Below, in pieces: positions 27,713 through 36,403 of a stretch of 64,000 nt of DNA (positions are counted from its first letter, which is position 1; each line of letters begins with the position of its first letter). The stretch is taken from positions 32,001 to 96,000 of the IMG/VR virus record IMGVR_UViG_3300025018_000098; one strand, 5' to 3'. Source of the stretch: a virus. A program made the translations under genes and the position numbers. Under the pieces are notes generated by a model, which saw nothing but the letters and a program-made list of their open reading frames with translations, was not told where the DNA came from and made no database searches.

Positions 27713-27898
27713 GTGCTTCCTGGGGTGGTCCCCCTATCCAAGGGGGATCTGATCTACATCAGTTCGTCGGAGCTAGCTGCCATGACGCTGCCCCAGGTTA
27801 GGGCGCAGCTGAAGAAGCTTGGTCTGCCGTACTCAGACGTAGAGACAGTCGGCGCGGGCGTAACCCGCCTCGTAGAGAACGCGCTCACGATCATGTGA
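27713..27898 (+). CDS. Small hypothetical protein
   Basis: Last ORF before terminator; start uncertain. Confidence 0.5.
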   Translation: MLPGVVPLSKGDLIYISSSELAAMTLPQVRAQLKKLGLPYSDVETVGAGVTRLVENALTIM

Positions 27899-27900
27899 GC

Positions 27901-27932
27901 AAAGAGGGAGCCCGAAGGCTCCCTCTTTTTTT
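27901..27932. terminator. Rho-independent terminator, probably bidirectional
   Basis: AAAGAGGGAGC-ccgaag-GCTCCCTCTTT plus T-run, between convergent operons. Confidence 0.9.
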
Positions 27933-27933
27933 G

Positions 27934-28494
27934 CTATAGGATCATGCCCATAGGTCTGTTGAAGTGTGGTCCGCCACGTTTCAACGTGATCTTCGAGAGG
28001 CCGGCTGCGATGGGCGTAGCACCTCGGTGCTGGGCATCTCGAGTAGCGAAATCCCACATACCTTTGACTGGGGTAGGTAGGCCGTAGTCAGCGTACCACC
28101 AGCCCTTCGCATCCCGGAAGATGCACAAGGCGTGTCCCTTCTGCTTACCCTGGGCGTCGATGTACTGGTACCAGCCGAAGTACACGTGAGCGGCGAGGTC
28201 CGACTCCAGGAGCGCCGTGCACCAGTACATGGCGTGGTCATCGCAGTCACCCACCTTCTCTTTGGCGTTGATGCGTCGCTGCGTCTTGGTCGGGTGGTTG
28301 AGTACATCCAAAGCCCCTCGGAGGGGATCCGTCTTGTACATGCGACCGTGGCTCAGAGCCTCCGTGATCTCCGAAGGTGCGCTATACACCGGGATGGTCA
28401 CCTTCTTGCGGGTCAGGAACATGGTGAGCCCGTACCAAAAGCGTACGAAGCCTAGCAGGTACTTGAAGGCAAACCGAGTCAGTTTCTTGCGCAT
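27934..28494 (-). CDS. Transglutaminase-like cysteine protease, candidate endolysin
   Basis: Triad pattern GDCDDHA / GHALC / YADYG; aromatic, hydrophobic N-terminus; last gene of lysis-like cluster. Confidence 0.65.
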   Translation of the reverse strand: MRKKLTRFAFKYLLGFVRFWYGLTMFLTRKKVTIPVYSAPSEITEALSHGRMYKTDPLRGALDVLNHPTKTQRRINAKEKVGDCDDHAMYWCTALLESDLAAHVYFGWYQYIDAQGKQKGHALCIFRDAKGWWYADYGLPTPVKGMWDFATRDAQHRGATPIAAGLSKITLKRGGPHFNRPMGMIL

Positions 28495-28495
28495 A

Positions 28496-28957
28496 TCATC
28501 CTCCTAGAAGCAGGTAGCCGCCGATGACCAGGACGAGGGAGATACCCACTCCGATCACGAAGCCACCAGATGTGGTTCGAAAGAACCCCGGGTTCTGTGC
28601 TCGAGCTAGTCGCTGAGCCAGTGCCCTGTTGTCTTCTCGCAGACCAGCCACCTCCCGTAGGTAGCTCTCCTCGACGAGATCCAGCCGAGTCTGCCAGCTC
28701 TCCTCAGTCAGCCGCAGGGAGTCGACCCGTAGTCGGACTTGCCTCGGAACCTCCGCGGCATACCACTCCAGGCGGAAGGTCCAGCGAATGGCTGTGTCCG
28801 TGTCCAACAGCTGGCCCGAGAACGGCGCAGGCTGCCCCTCACGGAGGGCCACGACCCTATCGACGCCCTCTGGGGTGTTCGGAGGCCTGGGAGCCTCCTG
28901 GGCGGCCCCTGGGAGCGGGAACAGGAGCACACTCAGGAGCAGTAGGGTCCGCCTCAC
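28496..28957 (-). CDS. Spanin-like protein (signal peptide, coiled coil, C-terminal TM helix)
   Basis: MRRTLLLLSVLLFPLPGAA signal; EGQPAPFSGQLL; C-terminal GGFVIGVGISLVLVIGGYLL. Confidence 0.5.
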   Translation of the reverse strand: MRRTLLLLSVLLFPLPGAAQEAPRPPNTPEGVDRVVALREGQPAPFSGQLLDTDTAIRWTFRLEWYAAEVPRQVRLRVDSLRLTEESWQTRLDLVEESYLREVAGLREDNRALAQRLARAQNPGFFRTTSGGFVIGVGISLVLVIGGYLLLGG

Positions 28958-29289
28958 TTCTTACCTGCCTGCAGCATGCGGGTGGTGAGCTCATCTGGAT
29001 TGTCCCGAAGGTCTCGTACCTCAGCCCCCTGATCCTCCTCGAGGCCCTCTCGAGCATTGTCGGATGTCTCCACGAGGTCCTTCAGCTCGAGATCCAATGT
29101 GATCGCCTCAGACGCGAGCTCCCTCTTGCGTCGCTCAGACTCCTTCGAACTGCGCTTGTCTGCATCCTCCAGCGCGTCCACGACCACTGTGCTGGTCTTG
29201 AACAGCAGCAAGAAGGCCGACAGGGAAAGCAGGAGCTTGATCCAGTGCAGCTTGACCCAGGGCCAGGCCGTTTCCTTGAGCCACTTCAT
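28954..29289 (-). CDS. Inner-membrane spanin-like protein
   Basis: N-terminal TM helix followed by charged coiled coil. Confidence 0.5.
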   Translation of the reverse strand: MKWLKETAWPWVKLHWIKLLLSLSAFLLLFKTSTVVVDALEDADKRSSKESERRKRELASEAITLDLELKDLVETSDNAREGLEEDQGAEVRDLRDNPDELTTRMLQAGKK

Positions 29290-29657
29290 GACGCCTCGAT
29301 CAGTCTCTTCACCTTAGTGAAGATGTAATCCGCGAACTGCCCCACCGCAGCGCCCCAACCACCGTAGGTAGCCGCCATTCCCCAGACAGGGTTCGCCCAG
29401 CTCTCTTTGTGGTTGGTGACGTATGTGATCAGGATCTCAGGACGAACAGGCATGATGTTGGCGTAGAGCGCCCCGAGAAACAGCCCGAGCGTAGGTAGCA
29501 GCACGCGGGTGATATACTTGTTGTTCTTGCGCCGCTCTACTCCCATGCGGGTGTCCAGCACCCTCTTGATGAACTGCACAGAGCCCGACACCGCCAGTGC
29601 GAGCACCAGTGACTGCCAGCAAAAGAAGATATAGATAGGATTGTTGGGATCACTCAT
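29286..29657 (-). CDS. Holin-like membrane protein
   Basis: 123 aa, 2-3 hydrophobic segments, basic loop; GGAGG SD. Confidence 0.55.
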   Translation of the reverse strand: MSDPNNPIYIFFCWQSLVLALAVSGSVQFIKRVLDTRMGVERRKNNKYITRVLLPTLGLFLGALYANIMPVRPEILITYVTNHKESWANPVWGMAATYGGWGAAVGQFADYIFTKVKRLIEAS

Positions 29658-29671
29658 GCGCTTCCTCCGTA

Positions 29672-31969
29672 TCAGTCGAGGCTCAGGGAGTTGTCGCCAA
29701 TGATGGTGGCCACACCGGAATCAGAGATGGTCGGAACTCCAGTGCCTGCGCCAGTGTTCGTCACTACATTCCCATCGATGATGCAGTTATCTGCCCCAGC
29801 CAGCACTCTAATGGGGCTGCGTACGGTAGCCCCAGGTGTGAGAATCGAGATGTCGCAGCCGCGCACTTGCCCACGATTCCCCTGCAGGTTCACGACACTT
29901 ATGGCCGGGTCGTAGTCACAACGCACGAAGGCGGCCACCAAACGGCATCGATCGCCGATCTGGATGATCTCCGACCCTGCGGCGAACGCGGCGGGAGGGT
30001 TCCAGGCATATAGGGTCAGGTGGTTGAGGAGAACAGAGTCCCCGATCTGGATGTAGTTGCTGGAGGGGTACACCGTGGGATGAGGCTCGTCGATAGACAG
30101 CCCGTCGATGATGACTGGTTCCTCAGACGAACCGAATGCTGAGATCCAGGTGTAGCTCGAGCAGCGCAGGTCAGCGCCGCCGAGAATGCGCACACCGCGG
30201 TAGGTGCCTGGCCCAAGGATGATAACCGGTTCCGTGAAGTCGAAGCCCCCGACACCTGCTTGGTAGTGAACTACGAGCCCATCTACATCTGCGCTGAAAG
30301 TACGTACGATTGGTACGTCACAGTCCAGCCCGGGGGACCCATTGATGTTGATGATGTTGATGTTCCGCAGTACGAGGCTTGCCCCAGCGACGTAGCCGCC
30401 ACCGCTGATGTCCACCATCTGGGAGTATGTGGATGCAGGATCTGTAGTGTAGGTCAGGCCGTTGTAGTCGATTGTGATGTCACTCATGATCGACTTACGT
30501 CGAGTGTCGGCAGGTCCGTTGAAGTAGAAGTGAACAGCGGGAGAGAGCGCTCCCGAAGTGAACTCGAAGCGGAACCCGTCGACATGCACCGGCCCTGTAC
30601 CTCCGATGGACGCGATCGGGAGGGTAGACAGGTTGGCCGAATCTAGGCTGGCGGGGCCGATCGACATACGGCAGTTGCGGAAGCTCGGGACGCGGAGGGC
30701 GTTTACTGCGGTAGCCCCACCAACGAGGATGCCTCGAGTGCGGACAGCTGGCACTGTGCTCCCCGTCTGGAAGTAGCAGTCGTCGAAAGCTGCGTCAGAC
30801 GTTGCATCGACGTACAGGAGGCCATCCGTCTCAGACTCAAACGAGCACGACCGGAACAGCACGTTGTACGAATCGGTTATGGTGATGAGGGGGATCCCGG
30901 GATCCCCGGTATGGGTGAACCGGCAGTTCTCAAAGAGGATGGGGACCGAGCATCCATCCACCAGTAGGGCAGGTACTGGGTTGACCTCCCGGCCCTCGAA
31001 GGTGCAGTTGCGGAAGACCAGCCCGGACCCACTGGTGAGAGTGGTGAGCAACAAGCAAGCTTCTGCGAGCGTTGATGCAGCTACTGGGGCGGCAAAGGTG
31101 CACCCATCGTAGACACCCTGAGCGTCTGTTCGGCATCGCACTGTGGAGTCAGAGTCTGCAGTACCTCCGATGGAAACGAAGTTGCAGCCGCGCGCCAAGA
31201 GCTGCCCCTGATGCCGAAAACCACCCGCTTCGATCTGGCACCGTTCCAGGATGGTTCCTCCAGTAGTGGTCTCCCAACGAGATGTGGGGGAGCCCGCCCC
31301 TAGCCCCAAGGTCAGGTTCTCCCAATGCCCGTTGAACAACAGAGCGCCCGCATAGGTGGCCGGCGTCAGCAGCTGAGTGACTACTCCGCTACCACCGTGG
31401 GTCTCTCCTACGACCCTCGAGTAGCCCGCCATGATCGTAGGAACGGATGCCGGGAACCGGTAGTTCGTACCTCGACGCACAAAAAAGGTACCCACGCCCC
31501 CGCCGAAGTCCAGGTTTGCCAAGGACAGAACCTCAACAGCATCAGCGCCGTCGTAGTCCCCACCAGTCGAGTCCGTACCATCTGTGAGCACAGCGGTAAA
31601 CGCTCTGCGCTTCACAAGACCATCATTGGCGGCCTGTAGTGCCGTCTGAATCTCAACAGGGGCGCCCAACCCGCCGAGCCCTGTGGTAGTGACTGCCACT
31701 GCGGCGAAGCCTGCGGGATCCACCCCTACTGCAGCTGCTCCTGCCGAGGTGCTGAAGACGTTGATACGTGCGTCTAGGTCCTCGTCGTTCAGTGCAAGGG
31801 CGTACGTGGTGCGGTTCTTGACCGCAGACGTAACCTGCTCCCCGAAGGCGAGCCCGCGGTTAGCCGCTGAGTACGTGGGTGGGGAGGATAGGTCGATGGG
31901 AACCCAGCCCGGATCTCCAGGTACTCCAGCGCCGTTGCCGAAAATCTCTGCCGCAGTCTTGATACTCAT
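29672..31969 (-). CDS. Tail fibre/spike with right-handed beta-helix (pectin-lyase-like) domain
   Basis: Repeated FRNCTF/FENCRF/FRSCSF rungs; N-terminal NRTTYALALNDEDL attachment segment. Confidence 0.75.
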   Translation of the reverse strand: MSIKTAAEIFGNGAGVPGDPGWVPIDLSSPPTYSAANRGLAFGEQVTSAVKNRTTYALALNDEDLDARINVFSTSAGAAAVGVDPAGFAAVAVTTTGLGGLGAPVEIQTALQAANDGLVKRRAFTAVLTDGTDSTGGDYDGADAVEVLSLANLDFGGGVGTFFVRRGTNYRFPASVPTIMAGYSRVVGETHGGSGVVTQLLTPATYAGALLFNGHWENLTLGLGAGSPTSRWETTTGGTILERCQIEAGGFRHQGQLLARGCNFVSIGGTADSDSTVRCRTDAQGVYDGCTFAAPVAASTLAEACLLLTTLTSGSGLVFRNCTFEGREVNPVPALLVDGCSVPILFENCRFTHTGDPGIPLITITDSYNVLFRSCSFESETDGLLYVDATSDAAFDDCYFQTGSTVPAVRTRGILVGGATAVNALRVPSFRNCRMSIGPASLDSANLSTLPIASIGGTGPVHVDGFRFEFTSGALSPAVHFYFNGPADTRRKSIMSDITIDYNGLTYTTDPASTYSQMVDISGGGYVAGASLVLRNINIININGSPGLDCDVPIVRTFSADVDGLVVHYQAGVGGFDFTEPVIILGPGTYRGVRILGGADLRCSSYTWISAFGSSEEPVIIDGLSIDEPHPTVYPSSNYIQIGDSVLLNHLTLYAWNPPAAFAAGSEIIQIGDRCRLVAAFVRCDYDPAISVVNLQGNRGQVRGCDISILTPGATVRSPIRVLAGADNCIIDGNVVTNTGAGTGVPTISDSGVATIIGDNSLSLD

Positions 31970-31987
31970 GTGTTCCTCATCTTCGGG

Positions 31988-32626
31988 CTAGAAGCGCCAG
32001 GTCCACCGTACTTCGATGGCGAACACGCCAGTCTTAGCTACAGCGTTGAAAGTGTCGTAGGCAATCACTTGACCGCCGACCCCAGGATACGCTCCTGCGG
32101 TGCCGTTGGGCAACGACGGGTCTGCAGCACCCTTGAACAGTGCGATCTCTGAGATCGGAACACTGGGGAAGCTGCCTCCACTCAGATCTGTCTGAGAGAA
32201 GATGGCGGAGAAGCGGGTCGAGGTAGCCGTTGGAAAGGTGCCCGGAGTGGTGATCTCTTTCATCCACACATCAGGACCTTCCGTCACCGGAATCGGCCGC
32301 TCGAGGGCGGATACAGCAACATCTACGTCGGTCTGTAGATTGGTACCTGGGTAGGCCAGGCTTAGAGCGCTGCTCCCATCCAAGGCGTCGGCATCGTTCT
32401 GCCGAGTGCCCCCGATGCCAAAACCAATGTACCGAACGATGTCGTCCTGGTGGCGGGTGAAGTTGGCCCCAGCGAAAGCCTGCGCCGAAATGCACTCCGC
32501 CATGAACTGTCGTCCAGCGTTGGTGATGATGTTGTGGCTGCTTCGTGTATCGAGAACCCTGCCCTCCTTGTCCAGGAAGAGCAGGTCAAGATTGAGCCGA
32601 ATATTTACGTCTTCGAGAAGCCTCAT
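31988..32626 (-). CDS. Tail collar/baseplate fibre-attachment protein
   Basis: HNIITNAGR, YIGFGIG, ISEIALF, AYDTF...KT....EVRW pattern. Confidence 0.65.
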   Translation of the reverse strand: MRLLEDVNIRLNLDLLFLDKEGRVLDTRSSHNIITNAGRQFMAECISAQAFAGANFTRHQDDIVRYIGFGIGGTRQNDADALDGSSALSLAYPGTNLQTDVDVAVSALERPIPVTEGPDVWMKEITTPGTFPTATSTRFSAIFSQTDLSGGSFPSVPISEIALFKGAADPSLPNGTAGAYPGVGGQVIAYDTFNAVAKTGVFAIEVRWTWRF

Positions 32627-35600
32627 GGCAGCACATCGTTCCCTTGGTCTATTACCTTGACGGTAGCATAGGTGCCTACTGGAAGGTTGTCGTCGTAGTT
32701 CAGGAAAATCTCCGGCCCTGTGATCACGTAGGTACCGCCTACGAGGGACACAGGTACGAGAGCTTCATCATAGAAGAAGATTGTGTTGTCGTACTCGATG
32801 GGACCACCAGGCCAATCAAACACGATGTACATCTCGATGTAATCCGAGATGCAGTCGACGATGCCATCGTAGAAGGTCGCCCCGTCGTCGTAGGTGGACC
32901 AGATCGTCCCATCCCCGCGGTAATCGTCGTACATGTACGCCCGGCCGCTGGGGCAGCTGCTGTCGTACAGGAACATCGTGAGCGTCATGGAGAGCTCATC
33001 GATGATGTCCACGTCGTCTTCATGTGCGCGGGCACCCAGCAAGAACGGATACGTGTACGTAGGCCTCATCCGAAGCACAAACTGTTGAGCCAGGATGAGG
33101 TTGACTGTGCTCACGAGATCTAGGTTGAACGACAGCGTGAACGTGAAGAACTTCTCGAGCTCTGTGATGATCCCTGAACGTACGAAGGGGATATACCAGT
33201 CTGGGTCATTGATGTAGTCCTGGATCTCAACACCTGTCCCGATCGGAGCAAACTGCTCGATGTCATCCCCTACTGCGTATGGGACTCCTGTGGCAGGATT
33301 GACTTCGATCCCCGAGGTGGTGTCGAGATCCAGAGGGTCCTTCGTGTAGATGTACGTACGGAAGATCTCCGACTGCGTCGGGGTGTTTCCGTCGGCATCC
33401 TGGATGACCAACCGCCCCTTCGTAGGGCTGTAGTCCGCGCGCACTTCGGTAATAGTCCCTGCGTGCTCTGCGAAGGGCTGCCCGAATAGGATCTGAGCTC
33501 CCGTCTTGATCGCCTGTGGGGTCGGGCCCAGCTGCTGTGTGTACAGCAAGCCTGCCACCGCGGAGGGGTAGGAGAAGTCGTCACCAAAGGTTGTCGCATT
33601 CTCCCGCAGGAAGCCTACGAGGCGTCCGAATAGGTTCTGAATGTTCTCGTCGTTGCTGAGCAGCGTCAGCTCCGCCCACAAGATGTCTGGAGGCTCGAGG
33701 TCGGGCTCGATCCACACAGAGTCCCGCCACTGAAGCATGGGCAGCGCAGACTCATCATCCTCACGGTAGAAAGGCTCCAGATAGTAGTCGATGTTCTCCT
33801 TCCACAACGTGGGGTCGAGGTTCGCTGGGATAACCTCCTGCAGCTGCGGCACGCTCTTGACGTCTGCAGGGAGCGAGATGGCCTTTCGGCGCTTGACCCC
33901 CAGGAAGAATAGCTCGTACTCATCCCAATCAAGATAGATCAAGAAGTCCCCGAGGTTGGCTGCTAGCTGCATCCCGCGCTGTGCGACGAGGTCACCCCGT
34001 ACGTCGATGAACGCGCCACTCGAGACCGACTGGACCTCCCCCTTCACAAGGTCTCCTGGGTAGGTTCCCTCGCGCTCGTAGTCCGTAGTGTCCGACAGAA
34101 CTACAGACGGGATGGACCACTCAACCGAGGCATCCGAGGGTAGGCTATCGAACAGCAGAAGCCGCTGGTTCGGGGCAGGGTCTAAAGGGCTGCTCAGGAC
34201 GCGGTCGATTCGGAAGGTCTGTCCGTTATTCAGAACTAGAAGATCTTCCCGCTGTACGCCATGCTCGATCAGGTCGATGCCGACGTCCACACGATACGTG
34301 CGGTCGGTCACCAGGGCTCCGTTGCTGCCTGCGAGATAGTTCCACCCAGCGGCGAGATTCAGACCGGTGGCCGTGCTGGAGGAGTGCACCCGGAAGGGCA
34401 CCGTCGAAGAGCGGAGCCATAGTCGGACGTCCGTAGCCGTGACCACCTTGTCGTAGTAGATGCCGTAGCTGTTGAGTGCTCCGTTCAACTGGGTGTCCAG
34501 AAGAGTTACATCTAGGCCGGACACCGTGACGAGGATCAACCCCGTAGGGCTCGTGGCATCTACGAGCTCGAGCACAAGATCCTCCCCGTTGATCCCAGTG
34601 CCCGTGACTAGGTCAGGCGTGCTTCCGTACAGGAGACCCTTGCGGACAGAGATGGACGCAGTCCCTTCCTCGGGAACCAGGGTCTTGTAGGCCAACCACT
34701 TACGCTGAAGGATGGGCTGTGCATCGCCGATGGAGAAGTTGTAGTGGTACTGCCACGCCTCGAGCAGCTTGCCTCCAAGGATCTGAGCAGTCCCCTTCCA
34801 GAACTCCGAGAACATGCCTCGGTCCTCGACGAGCTCCCAGTCATCCCCCAACCCTTCCCAGAGGAAGTCCGTGTCCGGTTCGATCCCAAACGGTGTTCGA
34901 GCCCCCACTACGTTCACGAGTACTTCAGCTGTCTCCGACAGGCTCTCCCCGTCCCCGACAACCAGAGTGAACCGATATATACCCTGTACGTCTGGCACCA
35001 CGTGGGGAGTCTCTGAAGTGGCCCCCACAAGCAGTGACTGCCGAATGATCCGAAAGGGCTGGTCCGACAGCGTGTCTGGAACGGCATCTACCTCAACTGT
35101 GAGGGTGCCTCCAGGGTTGTCTACCGTTGCGATGTTGTGGCGCCCCCCGAGCACAACGAGCACATCTCCCGGCTGCACCCAGTCAGGAAGCGTTGTGGCT
35201 GGGAAGGATACGAGGGTGGTCGTCCCATCAGCACCGTCGGGTACTGTGGAACATGAAGGACCCTCGAAGACGAAGTCACTGCCGAAGGGCGCGTCCACCG
35301 CCCGCCATGTGTACGTTAGCGGCGCCCCCTCGATGTCAAAACTCGTCCGGCCATCGAGTCGTGCAGCCCGCCCCACCGGAACCACTCGGTCGGGGCCAGC
35401 ATTGGCCGTGGGCGGAAAGTTCGGGATGATCAATCCCGATGCAAGGCGCATGATTCGGTAGTCGAGTGTTACCGGCTCCGAGATGGTCCCCCTGCAAAAG
35501 ACTTTGAACAGATCACCAACCGAGGTCGGGGTGCGTTCAATGGGGATGATGAAGCTGATGCCTGGGAACGCTCCACGAGCATCACCGATAAAGACGTAGG

Positions 35601-36072
35601 CACGCCCCAGCCCCCCGTCCACCGCTACGCGGACGTAGTGGAAGAAGTTGTCGATCTCCCTGACGTTCTCCGAGGTGCCGGGGAGGGTAGTCACGGACCC
35701 AAAGTCATCGATGCGGCTGATAGCCATGCCCGTCTTGGCGAAGTAGATGGACACCCCTCGGCTGGCGTCATCCGCTAGCGTGATCCCCGCCGCATGCGTG
35801 GCTAGGTCCCCCACGTCATTGGGCAGCTTGGGGAAACGCACCTGCAGGTCGATGGTGTACCTGCTCGGCATGGGAACGTTGAACTCGGCGCTCACAGCGG
35901 TACCGTCGCTCGAGCGCATCCGCAGGAAGTTGCCTACGGGGACGTACTCAAAGTTTGGTACCCCATTGTTCGGGGAGAAGGTAACGTCTGACGGACCAAG
36001 GCCCAAGAAACTCCCAAGCGTCGCTTCGTCGAAGTTGGCTAGAGACCATGGAGGGTTTGTGGGGATTGCCAT
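32623..36072 (-). CDS. Large baseplate wedge protein (gp7/gpI-like) with PKD/Ig-like domain
   Basis: PPTANAGPDR..LDGRTSFDIEGAPLTYTW; NLFGRLVG..GPT; RMRPTYT; next to baseplate J. Confidence 0.65.
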   Translation of the reverse strand: MAIPTNPPWSLANFDEATLGSFLGLGPSDVTFSPNNGVPNFEYVPVGNFLRMRSSDGTAVSAEFNVPMPSRYTIDLQVRFPKLPNDVGDLATHAAGITLADDASRGVSIYFAKTGMAISRIDDFGSVTTLPGTSENVREIDNFFHYVRVAVDGGLGRAYVFIGDARGAFPGISFIIPIERTPTSVGDLFKVFCRGTISEPVTLDYRIMRLASGLIIPNFPPTANAGPDRVVPVGRAARLDGRTSFDIEGAPLTYTWRAVDAPFGSDFVFEGPSCSTVPDGADGTTTLVSFPATTLPDWVQPGDVLVVLGGRHNIATVDNPGGTLTVEVDAVPDTLSDQPFRIIRQSLLVGATSETPHVVPDVQGIYRFTLVVGDGESLSETAEVLVNVVGARTPFGIEPDTDFLWEGLGDDWELVEDRGMFSEFWKGTAQILGGKLLEAWQYHYNFSIGDAQPILQRKWLAYKTLVPEEGTASISVRKGLLYGSTPDLVTGTGINGEDLVLELVDATSPTGLILVTVSGLDVTLLDTQLNGALNSYGIYYDKVVTATDVRLWLRSSTVPFRVHSSSTATGLNLAAGWNYLAGSNGALVTDRTYRVDVGIDLIEHGVQREDLLVLNNGQTFRIDRVLSSPLDPAPNQRLLLFDSLPSDASVEWSIPSVVLSDTTDYEREGTYPGDLVKGEVQSVSSGAFIDVRGDLVAQRGMQLAANLGDFLIYLDWDEYELFFLGVKRRKAISLPADVKSVPQLQEVIPANLDPTLWKENIDYYLEPFYREDDESALPMLQWRDSVWIEPDLEPPDILWAELTLLSNDENIQNLFGRLVGFLRENATTFGDDFSYPSAVAGLLYTQQLGPTPQAIKTGAQILFGQPFAEHAGTITEVRADYSPTKGRLVIQDADGNTPTQSEIFRTYIYTKDPLDLDTTSGIEVNPATGVPYAVGDDIEQFAPIGTGVEIQDYINDPDWYIPFVRSGIITELEKFFTFTLSFNLDLVSTVNLILAQQFVLRMRPTYTYPFLLGARAHEDDVDIIDELSMTLTMFLYDSSCPSGRAYMYDDYRGDGTIWSTYDDGATFYDGIVDCISDYIEMYIVFDWPGGPIEYDNTIFFYDEALVPVSLVGGTYVITGPEIFLNYDDNLPVGTYATVKVIDQGNDVLP

Positions 36073-36079
36073 TTTCGGA

Positions 36080-36086
36080 AGGATAC
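36080..36086 (-). promoter_or_regulatory. Class B -10 (GTATCCT), 7 nt before ATG 36072
   Basis: G-TATCCT-TCCGAAA-ATG. Confidence 0.65.
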
Positions 36087-36091
36087 AGCCG

Positions 36092-36403
36092 ATGTCACTG
36101 CGAACGCTAGACCCAGTTCTTATTCAGCTCTTGTTGAAGGGTGAGGAGGACATACTTACGCCGCGGGCAGAGTCTCGTCGGTTTTGGAGCACCAGCGCGC
36201 CGTGCCCTCGGTGCGGTAGCGGCATGCAGGAGAAGTTAGCGCCTCCGACACAGGCGTTCACGCCGGATGAACCCCTCCCGCGAACACGAGCCACGTGTGA
36301 AGGATGTGGGTACTCCGTCGATCCACTGACTGGCATCGTGCACAATGTAGGCAACCCAGCCAAGGTTGAGTCGCCCGTACCGGTTGTCCGTCCCAAGGAC
36401 TAG
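36092..36403 (+). CDS. Zn-ribbon protein, 103 aa, antisense to the structural block
   Basis: AAGGA SD; CPRC...CEGC; fills the gap between two minus-strand genes. Confidence 0.65.
   Translation: MSLRTLDPVLIQLLLKGEEDILTPRAESRRFWSTSAPCPRCGSGMQEKLAPPTQAFTPDEPLPRTRATCEGCGYSVDPLTGIVHNVGNPAKVESPVPVVRPKD

Noticed and set aside
35747-36091. 218-aa version of the plus-strand Zn-ribbon ORF
   Set aside because: The 5' part overlaps the 1149-aa baseplate gene; ATG 36092 with an SD is the plausible start.
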